A stretch of DNA of 64,000 bases from Octopus sinensis (Eukaryota), in assembly GCF_006345805.1 (NCBI RefSeq), contig NC_042998.1:201996001-202060000 (forward strand), given 5' to 3'. Under the pieces are notes generated by a model. That model was not told the DNA's origin and did no database searches. It saw only the letters and a program-made list of their open reading frames with translations. The position numbers were made by a program, and so were the translations under genes. Of the stretch, positions 42,061-55,055 are shown piece by piece; position 1 is the first letter of the stretch, and each line of letters begins with the position of its first letter.

Positions 42061-42293
42061 TATTTTACCTGTTTCAGTCATCATGCTGCGGCCATGCTGG
42101 AGCACTGCCTTGAAGTTTTAGTTGAATGACTGAATCAACCTCACTACTTCTTTTATAAAAGCCTAGTACTTATTCCATCAATCCTGTTTGCCGAGCCGCT
42201 AAGTTACGGGGGCGCAACACACCAACACCGGTTGTCAAATGGTGAAAGTAGGCAAACACACACACACAAACACACATTCACACACACACACAA

Positions 42294-42338
<45 letters not shown>

Positions 42339-42495
42339 CACACACACACATATATATATATATACATATATATATACGGCGTGTTTCTTACAGTTTCCAC
42401 TTAACAGATGCACTCACAAGGCCTTGGTAGGTTCGAGGCTATAGCAGAAGAGAAGACACTTACCCAAGTGCGGCGCAGTGGTTCAGAATACGGAA
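42061..42495 (-). mobile_element. SINE family A, head truncated
   Basis: Tail and body match other A copies. Confidence 0.85.
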
Positions 42496-42717
42496 CGATG
42501 CGATTTTGAGTAGCTTTTGTGTTTTATTGTTCAATGGGACAAATTAGACATATCCCCACCAGAAGGTCCTTGGTAGGTTTCTGTTAGGAGAATCGGTAAA
42601 GGATATATTGTGTGGTGTTGAATTGTGTTGTGGATAATTTATGCTTGGCAAATTAAGGGAAGAATTATCTAATCTGCGTAAGTGTTGATATAATTGGGCA
42701 GAGCGTGAAAGAGGCCA

Positions 42718-42756
<39 letters not shown>

Positions 42757-42766
42757 TATATATATA

Positions 42767-42965
42767 CTTTATTTAAAGCAGCAGAAAATTCAACAAAATC
42801 TGTTACTCTGAGTTTCTCGTTGTCGTTCATCAGACAGTTTTTGCTAGAAAACTGTCTGATGAACGACAACGAGAAACTCAGAGTAACACATTTTGTTGAA
42901 TTTTCTGCTTCTTTAAATAAAGCATATTACTCTACCACTGGTATTTGAGTACTCTTTTTTTTCCA
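42767..42965. mobile_element. 156-bp palindrome carrying two inverted HHR motifs (PLE-type fold-back), set in (TA)n
   Basis: Arms of ~75 bp with 2 mismatches and a 6-nt loop. Each arm contains CTGT-CTGATGA-ACGACAACGA-GAA-ACTCAGAGT-A-ACA(G/C). Confidence 0.75.
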
Positions 42966-42993
42966 CCTTGTTTCACATTTATGTTTACTCCGG

Positions 42994-43024
<31 letters not shown>

Positions 43025-43029
43025 AGAAG

Positions 43030-43235
43030 GAAATGGAGGTCAATACCAAAAACATGGACAGGCCAAAATTGATAGAGGACGCAACAAACAGAGATCAGTC
43101 ACCATACATTGCGTGAGTCCGACAGGAAATTATAAAGCCAAAAGATGTCGAATGTGAGTAGACAATAAGTGAGAAACTCTTATAAGTGCAGAGGTTTTAC
43201 TGATACATTCACATTGCTTTTAAGATTTTTCCGTT
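43030..43235 (+). mobile_element. Probable piggyBac transposase C-terminal Cys-rich remnant
   Basis: Frameshifted KRCRM*...ETL.YKCRG...HIAFKIF resembles the RCxxC..T.YxCxxC..LH..CF..FH domain. Confidence 0.4.
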
Positions 43236-43649
43236 TTTACTTTCAGAGGTGCTGGTAGGTCACATAAAATAAAGTAGACGCGTGCGCGTGCGTGTACACG
43301 TTGTGTTTTTGCGTATAAACGTGTCTTTTTTTTATTATTATTTCGGTATGAATATATATAAAGCCAATCAAACGTATATTCAAGAATTATTCGATAGCTT
43401 TCAGTGGAGTAGTTTATGAATTTTTTTACGAGTTGAGGTTTGAAAGTTAATTTCGGCTACGTTGCCTTCGTTGAACTGTGAATTATATCTCAGTTTCCCA
43501 TTCATATACGTGTGTGTGTATGTGTGTACATACATACATATATGTGTAAGTGTCTGTATATATATATATATATATAATATATATATATATTATATATATA
43601 TATTATATATATATATATACATATATATATATAATATATATATATATAT

Positions 43650-43713
<64 letters not shown>

Positions 43714-43770
43714 TTTATATATATACATATATATATATATATATACATATATTTATATATACATATATTA

Positions 43771-43851
<81 letters not shown>

Positions 43852-44168
43852 GTATGTATGTATGTATATACACATGCGCGCACACACATACGTGTGTGTT
43901 GTGTTTGAGGATCATGTGAGAGGAGCAATGTAACTGCGAATTATTTGGGGTGTGAACATTCGATAAAGATATGTTTATGAATGATTGAACTAGGTAGGGA
44001 GATAGAGCCGAGGTTATTCTTTAAGCAGACAATTTAGCACATACTACTCTGCTTCATCCATCTCTGATTTATGCTCCTATGTAAATCAAATCTGACACAC
44101 CTTGTCTACGTACATTCTGAAATTGCTCCTAACAATAAACAAAGGAAAAAACTGTGATTTTACATTAG

Positions 44169-44331
44169 TAGGCGTGTCGGTGTGTTAAAGAAATTGCATC
44201 TCAATTCAATGGGTCAGGATTCAATCCCGCTGCGTGGCAGCTTGGGCAAATGTGTTCTGCTGTAGCGTCAGGACGACCGAAGTCTAGTCTTTTGAGTGGG
44301 TTTGGTAGACGGAAACTGAAAGAAGCTCGTC

Positions 44332-44362
<31 letters not shown>

Positions 44363-44578
44363 CGTCTGCGTGTCTTTGTGTCTGCGTTTGACCCCCACCA
44401 CGACTTGACAACCGGTATTGGTGTGTTTATATCCGTACATCTAAGCGGTTCGGCAAAAGAGTGCGGGGTAGTAAATATTAGGCTCTGAATAACAATACCT
44501 GGGGTTGATCTGTTTGACTAAACGCCTTCAAGGTGGTGCCCCATCAGAGCCGCACTCAGATGACTGAAACAAGATAAA
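44169..44578 (+). mobile_element. SINE family A, older diverged copy
   Basis: CTTGGGCAAATGTG, AAACTGAAAGAAGC, a CA/GT tract, and a tail ending GACTGAAACAAG. Confidence 0.8.
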
Positions 44579-44860
44579 ATCCGTATTTAAGAAAAAAATA
44601 TCTACCATGATATGATTCAATAACTATGTGAACACAAAACACTCAGTTTTGGTCTCTGTGTAGCCAATCTTTTATATACATGAAATAGGGCCTTTTGTAT
44701 GCACTTTCAGTCATTTAGTTGATTCTTTAATAAGACTGCGCTCAATCTGGGGTTACTCCTTATAGCATTAGTACAACGAACTCGCACCTGTACTGCAATT
44801 ATTTTAAAACTGGTTCCTGAAGCAGTGACAAATAAATAAAGAGCATCAGTTGACAATTAT

Positions 44861-45083
44861 ATATTTCTTTACTACCCACAAGGGGCTAAACACAGAGAGG
44901 ACAAACAAACGGATTAAGTCGATTATATCGACCCCAGTGCGTAACTGGTACTTCTTTAATCGACCACGAAAGGATGAAAGGTAAAGTCGACCTCGGCGGA
45001 ATTTGAACTCACAACGTAGCGGCAGACGGAATAGGGCTACGCATTTCGCCCGGCGTGCTAACGTCTCTGCCAGCTCGCCGCCT
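44861..45083 (-). mobile_element. SINE family B, full monomer
   Basis: Reverse complement of the 46576-46806 monomer. Confidence 0.9.
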
Positions 45084-45544
45084 TTAGTTGACAATTAGTG
45101 ACACGGAACCACAGGCATTCACACATGCATGCACACATATAGACACATACGCATGCGCACGCGCGTGTACACACACGGACACACGGACACACTCGGACAC
45201 GGACAAGGTCTCGCGGACACGGACGGACACAGACACACACAGACGCAGACACAAATATTCTAAAGGGGGTTCTGTACAGTTACTGTTTACGATTCACTCA
45301 CAAGGTATTTGTCCCCCCCCCCCCCCGCTGCACTATAATATAAATCCGCTGAGCAAGTTATCGCGCAGCGAAGCTGGCCGCGAATTCACGTTGCTGACAA
45401 ATGAACTTTTCAACGAAGCATATATACAGAGAGGGAGTGAGATAGAGAGAGATTAGGAGAGGGGGAGAGACAGTAACCAAGACAGAGACACACATAGACA
45501 GACAGACAGAGAGACAGGCAGAAAGACATAAGAGAGAGATGGAG

Positions 45545-45578
<34 letters not shown>

Positions 45579-46155
45579 TAAAAGAGAATCGTAGCTGACA
45601 TCACGAGTTGTTGGTCAACAAAAGAAAAGATGTCGGAGATAGGAACGAAGCCATCAGCATACGTATAGCCGAGAAATAATAGCAGTTTTCGAAATGTAAT
45701 GAAAAAGACAATTATAAACGTATGTTTGTGCGTGATGTAGTATTTATTTGTCTTATTTAATTGCCGTTTCTGCCATCTCTATAACGTAGACTAAGTAATT
45801 TTGATTTGAGTGTATAATAATTTTCTCACCCATCATTCAAACAGTGTCCCTACTGCCTCTTATCTTCAAATACACCTATTGCTGTTATCTACTTAAATGT
45901 AGGTTTTTAAATATACAGACAGAATTGAATCACATTTTGCGTTCCAACCAATATTGTATTTAGTATAAGAATAATTTCCAGATCAAAAATTATCTTATTA
46001 TGCTAATGGAAATTATCCGCACTTAGCGCCATACAATAGGGATAACTGGAGTCTGCCATCGAGCAACAATCAAATAAATATTATCATCAGGTCGTTGTAG
46101 TTGTCATCGTTGTTGTTGTTGTCATTGTTGTTTCTGCGGGAACTTGCTGCTGCTG

Positions 46156-46186
<31 letters not shown>

Positions 46187-46575
46187 AAGTTTCTGTTGTC
46201 ATTGCCACTGTTCTCCTGCTAGGGCGATGACGGTGAGGACAACCGTGGAAGCTCACGTTATGTTGTACAAGTAATTTAATTCAAATATTAATATTATTTG
46301 GAAAGAAGATGACTATGAAGAGTGAGTGAATGAATGCAGTGTTTTAAAGCAGTTTATAGAAATTAATTTTTCTCTTGTTTTTGTTAATGAAGTAGGAAGA
46401 ATATTGTTCTAGAGTTTATAGGTATTACACCTAATTTATCATTCTGATCTCTCTCTTCCACTTCTCTCTCTCACCCCCTCTCTCCCTCTCTCCCTCTCTC
46501 TGTATGTGATTCTTACTCTAGATTCCTACTAAGTAGCTTGGAGTTCTGTGGTACTTATTATATACTACTTAAACT

Positions 46576-46972
46576 GGCGGCGAGCTGGCAGAAACGTTAG
46601 CACGCCGGGCGAAATGCATAGCGGTATTTCGTCTGCCGCTACGTTCTGAGTTCAAATTCCGCCGAGGTCGATTTTGCCTTTCATCGTTTCGGGGTCGATA
46701 AATTAAGTACCAGTTACGCACCGTGGTCGATATAATCGACTTAATCCTTTCTCTGTCCTTGTTTATCCTCTCTGTATTTAGCCCCCTGTGGGTTGTAAAG
46801 AAATAGATATTTCTTCTGAAGTTACGTTTTGAGTTCAAATTCCGCCGAGGTCGACTTTGCCTTTCATCCTTTCTGGGTCGATAAATAAAGTACCAGCTTC
46901 GCACTGGTGTCCCTTTGTCTGTCCTTGTTTGTCCCCTCTATGTTTAGCTCCTTGTGGGCAACAAAGAAATAT
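46576..46972 (+). mobile_element. SINE family B, full monomer plus a tandem head-less second unit
   Basis: The monomer spans 46576-46806. A second unit restarts just before TACGTT(C/T)TGAGTTCAAATTCC. Confidence 0.88.
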
Positions 46973-47218
46973 ATATACTACTTAAATGTTTCTTTTGTTA
47001 GTTTAGGAAACAGAAAAGAGGTTCTGCACAAATTTTATAGATATCGTCTCCTAAGTTTTCAACTACTATAATGCGGTTGACTCAAGGAAGTGGTAAAATA
47101 CTGTTGCCCATGTTATCACTCAGTTGTGTCGATCCCTAAAGCAAGTAATTACTGACGATTACTCTATAGCCTTCTACGCCCATACCCGCTTTCTCACTAA
47201 TTGTTGAACCAATAGATA

Positions 47219-47565
47219 AGGCAGCGAGCTGGCAGAAACGATAGCACGCCGGGCGAAAGGCTCAGCGATATTTCGTCTGTCGTTACGTTCTGAGTTCAAA
47301 TTCCACCGAGGTCGACTTTGCCTTTCATCCTTTCGGGGTCGATAGATTAAGTACCAGTTTCGCACTGAGATCGATGTAATCGACTTAATCCCTTTCTCTG
47401 TCCTTGTTTGTCTCCTCTATGTTTAGCCCCTTGTGGGCAATAAAGAAAAAGGTAGTTTATCTGTCCTTACGTTCTGAGTTCAAATTCCACCGAGGTCGAC
47501 TTTGCCTTTCATCCTTTCAGAGTCGATAAATTAAGTAGCCCCTTCTGGGTAGTAACGAAAAATAA
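47219..47565 (+). mobile_element. SINE family B, full monomer plus a tandem head-less second unit
   Basis: Same layout. The second unit has an internal deletion. Confidence 0.88.
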
Positions 47566-48747
47566 TGATCGAACCAATAGCCTACTCTGCCTCAAAAACG
47601 ACGGAGGAAGTCTTTTCCGTGAGTTGTTGCCTCTGCATATTCGTTCTTATTTTTACCCCTAAAATTATTTTTCCCTGTGCAGAGGAACATACTTTTTACC
47701 CTTGTCCTTGTTTTCCTAATACTTTACTTTCAGACATTACACTGCATATACTGAGACACTATCTTCCATTTGTTACGTGAAGCTCAGTATTTATTTTATT
47801 GCTGATACAAATACTCTTCATTAACGGTGAGAAAAGACTCAAACCCAGGGATGAAATGTGTATAAAGGTTGGCGCTCAGTCGGTTCCGACGATAAGGTTT
47901 CCAGATGTTCCGATCAAGGAAACAGCTTGCTCGTAGAATTATGTGTGTGTCTATAGAGAGGATGAGACGGAGGAAGAGCGTTGTTAGCAGTTCGATTCCT
48001 TCACACTTCGTCAGCATTATCCGCAAAAACTACAATACAATATAAAGACTTTTACAGATATTTATATATCGGAGTCATGCATATTTATTGGCAAGCTTGT
48101 AGGCACAACACGGATACTGGATGATAGAATGCGTGATAATAGTATAATGCTAAAAGCGGAATGATAAAGAAGTGGGGAAAGCATTGATGGGCATACTCAT
48201 GCATTACACATGAAGTCATACCTAGAAACAATCGTGGGTGAATGTAGTATTTGTGTCCAGCGGGCTTTCTCATCGTTACTGTTTCTCGAATTCCAATCGT
48301 ATGGCATTCTTCAAAGCGTGGGTTTCTCGGGGAAGAGTCACTCAAGGTGGCGAGCAATGGTCTCGAAATCGAACCCTGAAGTGTAGAAGAGGAAGTTTTT
48401 ATTCTTCGCAAATTCTGCGCATAATGTAAACGAATAAGTATGCATAATTTACAAGACTAATGATTTCTGAATTATTAATGCACAGAATTTATGAATGATA
48501 AAATGGCTAAAGATACAGAGAATTATTCACTGGTTGTTGGTGAAAGCGAAACACTTTGAATAAAAGATTAGGAATTTTGTTTTTAAGCATTAAAACCTAA
48601 AATTCTTACAAACAGCAGCAAATAAATCCAGACTGATTACCGGTTAATGTTGTTGCACAGAAATATCCAACGAATATATGACTTTAAATATTTATATAAG
48701 CATATATACACACAGTTAATATTCCCCCCAAAAAAATCGCATACATA

Positions 48748-49271
48748 TCTCTCTATATATAAACGGAAGTTTGTCTGTCTGTGTGTCTGTGTGTCTGTCA
48801 GGTTGTACCCTCGCCCTGACCACGGCTTTCAACCGATTCTGATGAAACTTGACGCACACATAGCCCAATGTCATAATTCAAAACTAACGCAGCGAAAAGT
48901 TTGAAAAGTTCCCCCAGTTCTGGAAAAAATCGATAAATTCGACATGGGGTCGAGAATCTAATCTTTTTATTTGCAACACATTTTCTGTTATAGTTTTAGC
49001 AACTTGCAGTCGATTTTCACCAAACTCATGGTGAAGCTTAATGTTACCCTAAGAAACTTAATTCTGGCGTTAGTTTTCCATGCAATACCTTACCGTCAGA
49101 AAAAATCGATAAAATCATGCAATTTTGGGAAATCGCGTTCAAATTCAAGATTACATATTTTCGACAATATCTTTCACAAATTAGCAGAAATTTTTATTTA
49201 AATTCACAGCGAGCATCATGTATGCTCCAGGGGCTCTTACATACCCGGGCAATGCCGGGCTATGCTGCTAG
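48748..49271 (+). mobile_element. Non-autonomous Helitron
   Basis: A|TC start (TCTCTCTATATATAAA), a (GTCT/GT) tract, hairpin CCCGGGCAATGCCGGG at 49244-49259, and CTAG|T end. Confidence 0.87.
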
Positions 49272-49948
49272 TACGTATATAAATATGTATACGTATGTAG
49301 GTGAATATGTAATTATTTATATGAGATGTAAAGTGTAACACGCAAGCAGGTTTCGGGCGCTGTAGAACGACCCGTCACACAGCGTTTCGTCGTACACCCA
49401 TAAGCTTAGCAGTTTCCCGCATACCACTCGTAGTTTGGTACAACTGATCGTACGATTCTGTTATGTAGTGTTAGTCATTTTACTGGCATTGTTCATAATC
49501 AACAATTTTGGGATATATATTGAGCACTTAATACCATTCGTTGTAGTTTTGCATAAACACGAAGTAGATGAAATAATGAAAGTTCTGCATGAGGACAATT
49601 ATTTCCAATGAGTATTTGAACTCTGAAAGTAAATCGATGGAAGAAATGCCTTCATGCATTTTGTCTGGCACAGCAGCGTTTTGATTAGCTCGCTGTTTTA
49701 AGGGGGATTTTCGGGCCACGTTTACATTTCAGAAGGTTCCTCTTAGCTTTTAGGAAACCCACAAGATGATGGCACAGCCGGAACTCGATAGTCAATAGCA
49801 AAGGGAGTTAATTCATAATTGTTACCTTTGAGTGGATAAAGGAATTTCCTCCTCTATATTTTTAAGAGGTCTTGGGCCCACAGTGCTTTTTTTCTGGAGA
49901 TCTGACGACACGCCAATAAGCTAAACCTTTAATGACGGGATATCTATA

Positions 49949-50006
<58 letters not shown>

Positions 50007-50787
50007 TCTCTAGACTATTGGATATTATTACATAGTGGTGATCACAATGCGCTTCCTTGCATTGTTGTGATTTTCGTATCCGATGAAGTATTTAGCAAAC
50101 TTCTTAATCTATCGTTGCGGTTTTTTTGCAACGTTGCTCGCACTCCGTGTGGGTTAATGAGAGAGCCTAGATTATCTCAGATTAATCTCGTTTAAACAAA
50201 CAACATATATATATATGTGTGTATGTGTGTGTGTGTGTGTGTGTACTTATTAGATTTTATTTGTGAGTTTGTGCAAGTGGATATATGTATATATATGTGT
50301 GTATTTCGTATCTGTCATCATAAAACTATACTGAATAACGTAGTCAATACTTCTGGAGTGTTCTTAAATACACTTAATTATTAATGACCAGCTGATACGT
50401 TTATATTCCTTGTTCAGCCGTTCTCAATTATTTGTCTTCGAAGCAAGTCATCTAAGTCTTTTGTAGTGTTAAAGTATTAGCTTATAGTGAAAGTCTGTAT
50501 ATAAAGTATGCAAACAAGGAAGAAGCAGCGAAAGAAAGCAAGAGCAAAAGAGAAATCTAATGTAAGAAAGAGAAGTGGAAAGAAAAATAATGGAGAGGAT
50601 GAAAGGGTACAAGTAATGGAAAAGGAGAAAAAGAATTTCTTTTATGCACCCGGGTGTGTGTATGAGAGGGTGTGTGCGCGTATGCATGTATGCGTGTGTG
50701 TTTGTGTGTGTAGGTGCAGGTTTAATTATGTAGTGTGAAGCTTACTTGCTAATGAGATGGTACTGGTTCTTTAATTATAATATATAT

Positions 50788-50818
<31 letters not shown>

Positions 50819-50832
50819 GTATATATATATAT

Positions 50833-50865
<33 letters not shown>

Positions 50866-50950
50866 AACATATATATATATAAACGTATATATATATACAT
50901 ATATACATATATACATATATATATATATATAAACATATATATATACATAT

Positions 50951-51005
<55 letters not shown>

Positions 51006-51071
51006 TATAAATAAATATATATATGTGTGTGTGTGTAAGGTTGAAAAGGAACACATGAGTTGATATATATG

Positions 51072-51325
51072 GAAAAAAAGTGAAGTTAGAAAATGCTAAA
51101 ATAATTTTTAATAAACATTTGAGTACCGGTTTAAGTCATTGAGTCTTTTTGAACTGTAATATGGAACAAAAAATTAAATTTGGGGAAAATTAAAAGAAAA
51201 GTTTTTTGAAAATAATATTTGGATAGTATTCAAATACAAGGGATATTTTCCTTGTTTCTAGCTGCCTTTGTCTTTCTTGTTCACTTTTGTGGGTTTGTGG
51301 TCGTTGTAAATTCTTGGCAGGGATG
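51072..51325 (-). mobile_element. PLE-type terminus, family F7 (degenerate HHR 3' half)
   Basis: Homologous to 54561-54830. The minus strand has TGACTTAAACCGGTACTC, for which the consensus is GAA-ACCGGT-A-CTG. Confidence 0.55.
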
Positions 51326-51467
51326 AAGAAGAAGAAGGAGGAGAAGAGGAGGAGGAGAAGAAGAAGAAGAACAACAACAACAACAACAGCAGCAGCAACA
51401 ACAACAACAACAGCAACAACAACAAGAGGTAGAAGAAGAAGGAAAAGAAGAAAAAGAAAAAGGAAAA

Positions 51468-51534
<67 letters not shown>

Positions 51535-51566
51535 AAGAAGAAGAAGAAGAAGAAGAAGAAGAAGAA
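51325..51566. repeat. Compound (AAG)n/(AAC)n/(AAT)n microsatellite
   Basis: Direct reading. Confidence 0.95.
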
Positions 51567-51582
51567 TGTGGGAGTGCCATGA

Positions 51583-51907
51583 TAGTAGGAGCACTCCATC
51601 AGTTACGAGGAGGAGGATCCCAGCTGATACGATCAACGGAGCAGCTTGCTCGTGAAATTAACGTGCAAGTGGCTGAGTACTCCACAGATACGTGTACCCC
51701 TAACGTAGTTCTCAGGGAGATTCAGCGTGACACAGATTGTGACAAAGCCGGCCTTTTGAAATACAGGTACAACTCATTTTTTCCCGCTGAATGGACTGGA
51801 GCAACGTTAAATAAAGTGTCTTGGTCAAAGACACAATGCGTCGCAGGGAATCAAACTCACGGCCTTACAAACGAGACCGGAAAGCCCTAAACACTAAGCC
51901 ACGCGCC
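51583..51907 (-). mobile_element. tRNA-headed SINE family D
   Basis: A box TGGCTTAGTG, B box GAGTTTGATTCC, and central TGTGTCTTTGACCAAGACACTTT..TTGCTCCAGTCCATTCAGC. Confidence 0.7.
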
Positions 51908-52299
51908 ATAATAGTAGTAAGATCTTAAATGGTTAAGCGCTCTGAAAGTGACATGTTGTGGATGGTAGTAGTGATTGAATTCTTGAGACATCTCTTTTGA
52001 ATGTGTTGTTTATAAAATTTGCGTAGGTTTTATTCTAAACAGCAATAGTAGTAAAGTTAGGAAGGAGGTGGTGGAGAGAGGAAGAAGACGAAGAAATAGA
52101 AAGAGAAAGAGAAGGGAAAATAATAAAGGAACGCAGGTTGTATGATAATAGTTGGGTGTTAAATGGTCAAGTTCCATAAAAGCGTTTCGTTATGGATTAT
52201 AGCAGTGATTGGGACTGTTTTTAATGAATTCATGGGAACCTCTTGAGTGTATAATTCTTTTATATTTGTGTGTGTGTTATTCTATGGCCGTGGTGGATA

Positions 52300-53000
52300 T
52301 GTCGTTTGTTGTAGATACATTCAAAAGGGGTCTGTATATCTTGTTTATTTTGTTTATTTTGTAATAAAGACATTCTCTTTACTAATTCTTTAGCTACAGG
52401 CTGTATTTTCCCTGAACTGTTAGAGGGATAACATTCTGAAGCTTTGATTTTTGTTATTGGCGCAAACGTCAATGTATTGGCTGAATTCTATTTTTTATAT
52501 TTTGGGGAATTGTGATCCGGGAGCTGTGCAGAGCCATCCTTTTACGTAGACTGTTTTTTGTTTGGCCTATGTATTGCTCTTGACGCCCAGAGTACTTTAG
52601 TGCGTATATCAGGTTCTCCGAAGCACATGTAAAGCTGCTTTTCCCGTTTTACGTTTATACATTCGTTTTGCAAGATACTTGATGTGAATTTGTGTGTTAA
52701 AACAGATATTGTTTTATTTGTGGATGGTCATGTTGCTAGTTCAACCAATGAAAACACACGCACTATATTTTATATTAATTGTATTTCGGCCAGAGTTCTT
52801 TCGTCATACTTCTGTGACCTAATCAGTGGTCCTTTGCTTTCTTCTTTCTGTGTCTCTCTCCTTACTAATGAGCTGCCATTTTGTATTCCTGATTTCGGCT
52901 TTTTTTTATCCTTGTCAATGGTAGACGGGCGACCGCTTGAAATAGCACGGAAAATTTCTTCGATATTATTTAGCGTTTCGGAGACGGAAATCGAACGTAT
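52300..53000 (-). mobile_element. Penelope-like element, Neptune-type GIY-YIG remnant
   Basis: Reads FTCASENLIYALKYSGRQEQYIGQTKNSLRKRMALH..SQYIDVCANNK..RISKE. Confidence 0.8.
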
Positions 53001-53186
53001 GCCTGAGTGTTTCCCAGTACAAAATGCAGGTGCTGCTCAACAACAATACACTTACAGACAGAAGAATCTCGAAAAAATATGATTTAAGGTTTCGAATTAG
53101 AGACGGGTAAACTTTTTGTAAGTGCTTAGTGTAAATTCCAGTTGTATTCTATTAGGTGAATATGTAATATTTCAAAATGCGTATAC

Positions 53187-53258
<72 letters not shown>

Positions 53259-53997
53259 GTGTGAGTGAGTGTGTGGGCGTGAGTGAGTGCTTGCGTCCGT
53301 ATCAGTGAGTAGATAGATAAACGGAATCTTTAGATCATCCCTTGAGACCGGCTGACCGGTCAAGATAAAAATAAAGATATAAACAAAAGTAGTAGTAGTA
53401 ATAAAATTAAAATAAGAGAATAAAAATGTGTGTGTATGTGTGTGCATGTATATGCATGTGTATATATATGTGTGTATGTATATATATGTGCGAGTGTGTA
53501 TACATATATGTATATATATGTATATATATGTATATGTATATGTATGTGTATGTATGTACATATATATGTATGTATATGTGGGTATGCATGTATATGTATA
53601 GATATATGTGAATATGTGGGTGTAGATATGTGTATATATATATGTAGATGTACAAGTGAGAGTCTCCTTACTTATCTAAAACTCTATTTTTCTATTTATT
53701 TTTTTATTCTTTTATTTATTCTTTTATCTACTTTACCACCGATTCCTTTGACCACTCCCGTAATAATGACAGTTTTGCGCCATGCCTACCCCCAAAAAAG
53801 TCCCCCACCACCACCCATTTAAACCTGCCTAAATGTATAAATGCCAAAACAACTCTGGTCTACTAGCTTCCTGATGATTTCTTTTGAATGAAACAGTTCT
53901 AGTCCTGTAGAAGTTCCTTCTATATAATAAATTAATTTACTCTGCTATGTATTGAGTACCTTATTTACTGTGGTTAACCCCGACTCAACCCGGGACC

Positions 53998-54034
<37 letters not shown>

Positions 54035-54095
54035 CATACATACATACATACAGACATACAATATATATATATAATATATATATATACATACATTC

Positions 54096-54156
<61 letters not shown>

Positions 54157-54165
54157 CATACATAC

Positions 54166-54210
<45 letters not shown>

Positions 54211-54279
54211 ACACGCACACACACACATATATACACACACGTATATATATATATATATATATATACATACATACATACA

Positions 54280-54510
54280 TACAATGGGGTAGTAAAAAGT
54301 TCCTGGGTTTGCGTTAAATAATATACAGTATTATCAGTTAATTTTGATTTTATTCAACATGTTCCCTCTCAGATTCACACACATATTGTAGCGGCCCTTC
54401 AGGTTTTCTAGGCCCTGTAAAAGAACTGAGAATGTGGAACCTCCATCCAGGCCTTCCGTTACACTCTTAAGGCCATAAACTTTACAGCACACACTTGAAT
54501 ACATATGAGT
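54280..54510 (-). mobile_element. Mariner 3' end (TIR and transposase C-terminus)
   Basis: Reads GLENLKGRYNMCVNLRG..VE*, with end TA-CAATGGGGTAGTAAAAAGTTCCTGG. Confidence 0.7.
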
Positions 54511-54560
54511 TTTATGTGTGTGTATATATTTTATTTGATATATATATATATATATATATA

Positions 54561-54910
54561 TGAAAAAACACGTCACGATAGAAAATGCTAAAATAATTTT
54601 ATGAAGAACATTTCAGTACCGCTTTCAGTCATTTTGAGTCCTTTTCAACTGTGACGATTAAATAATTAAATTCAGAAAAATTAAAAGAAAAGTTTTTAAA
54701 AAGAATATTTGTATAGTGTTCAAATATGAGTGGCATTTTCCTTGTTTCTGCCTTTCTCTGTTTATCTTGTTTACACTTGTGGGTTCGAGGCCGTTGTGAA
54801 TTCTTGGTAGGGAAGAAGAATCTTCCCTAGGTTTCAAAATGACTGAAACCTGTACTGAAATGTTCTTTATAAAATTATTTTAGCATTTTCTATCTTGACT
54901 TGTTTTTTCA
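54561..54910. mobile_element. 350-bp element with 77-bp inverted arms in (TA)n (family F7; fold-back PLE terminus or MITE)
   Basis: The arms at 54561-54637 and 54834-54910 are inverted copies, with TA on both sides. Confidence 0.75.
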
Positions 54911-54989
54911 TATATATCAACTCGTGTGTTCCTTTTCATCCTTATATATATATACATAAATATATATATATGTATGTATATTATCTATA

Positions 54990-55055
<66 letters not shown>

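Noticed and set aside
46576-47565. Repeated units as a CRISPR-like array
   Set aside because: They are SINE copies of variable length with no regular repeat-spacer period, in eukaryotic DNA with no cas genes.
48355-48385. GGTTCGATT B-box on the minus strand as a tRNA
   Set aside because: There is no A box or cloverleaf.
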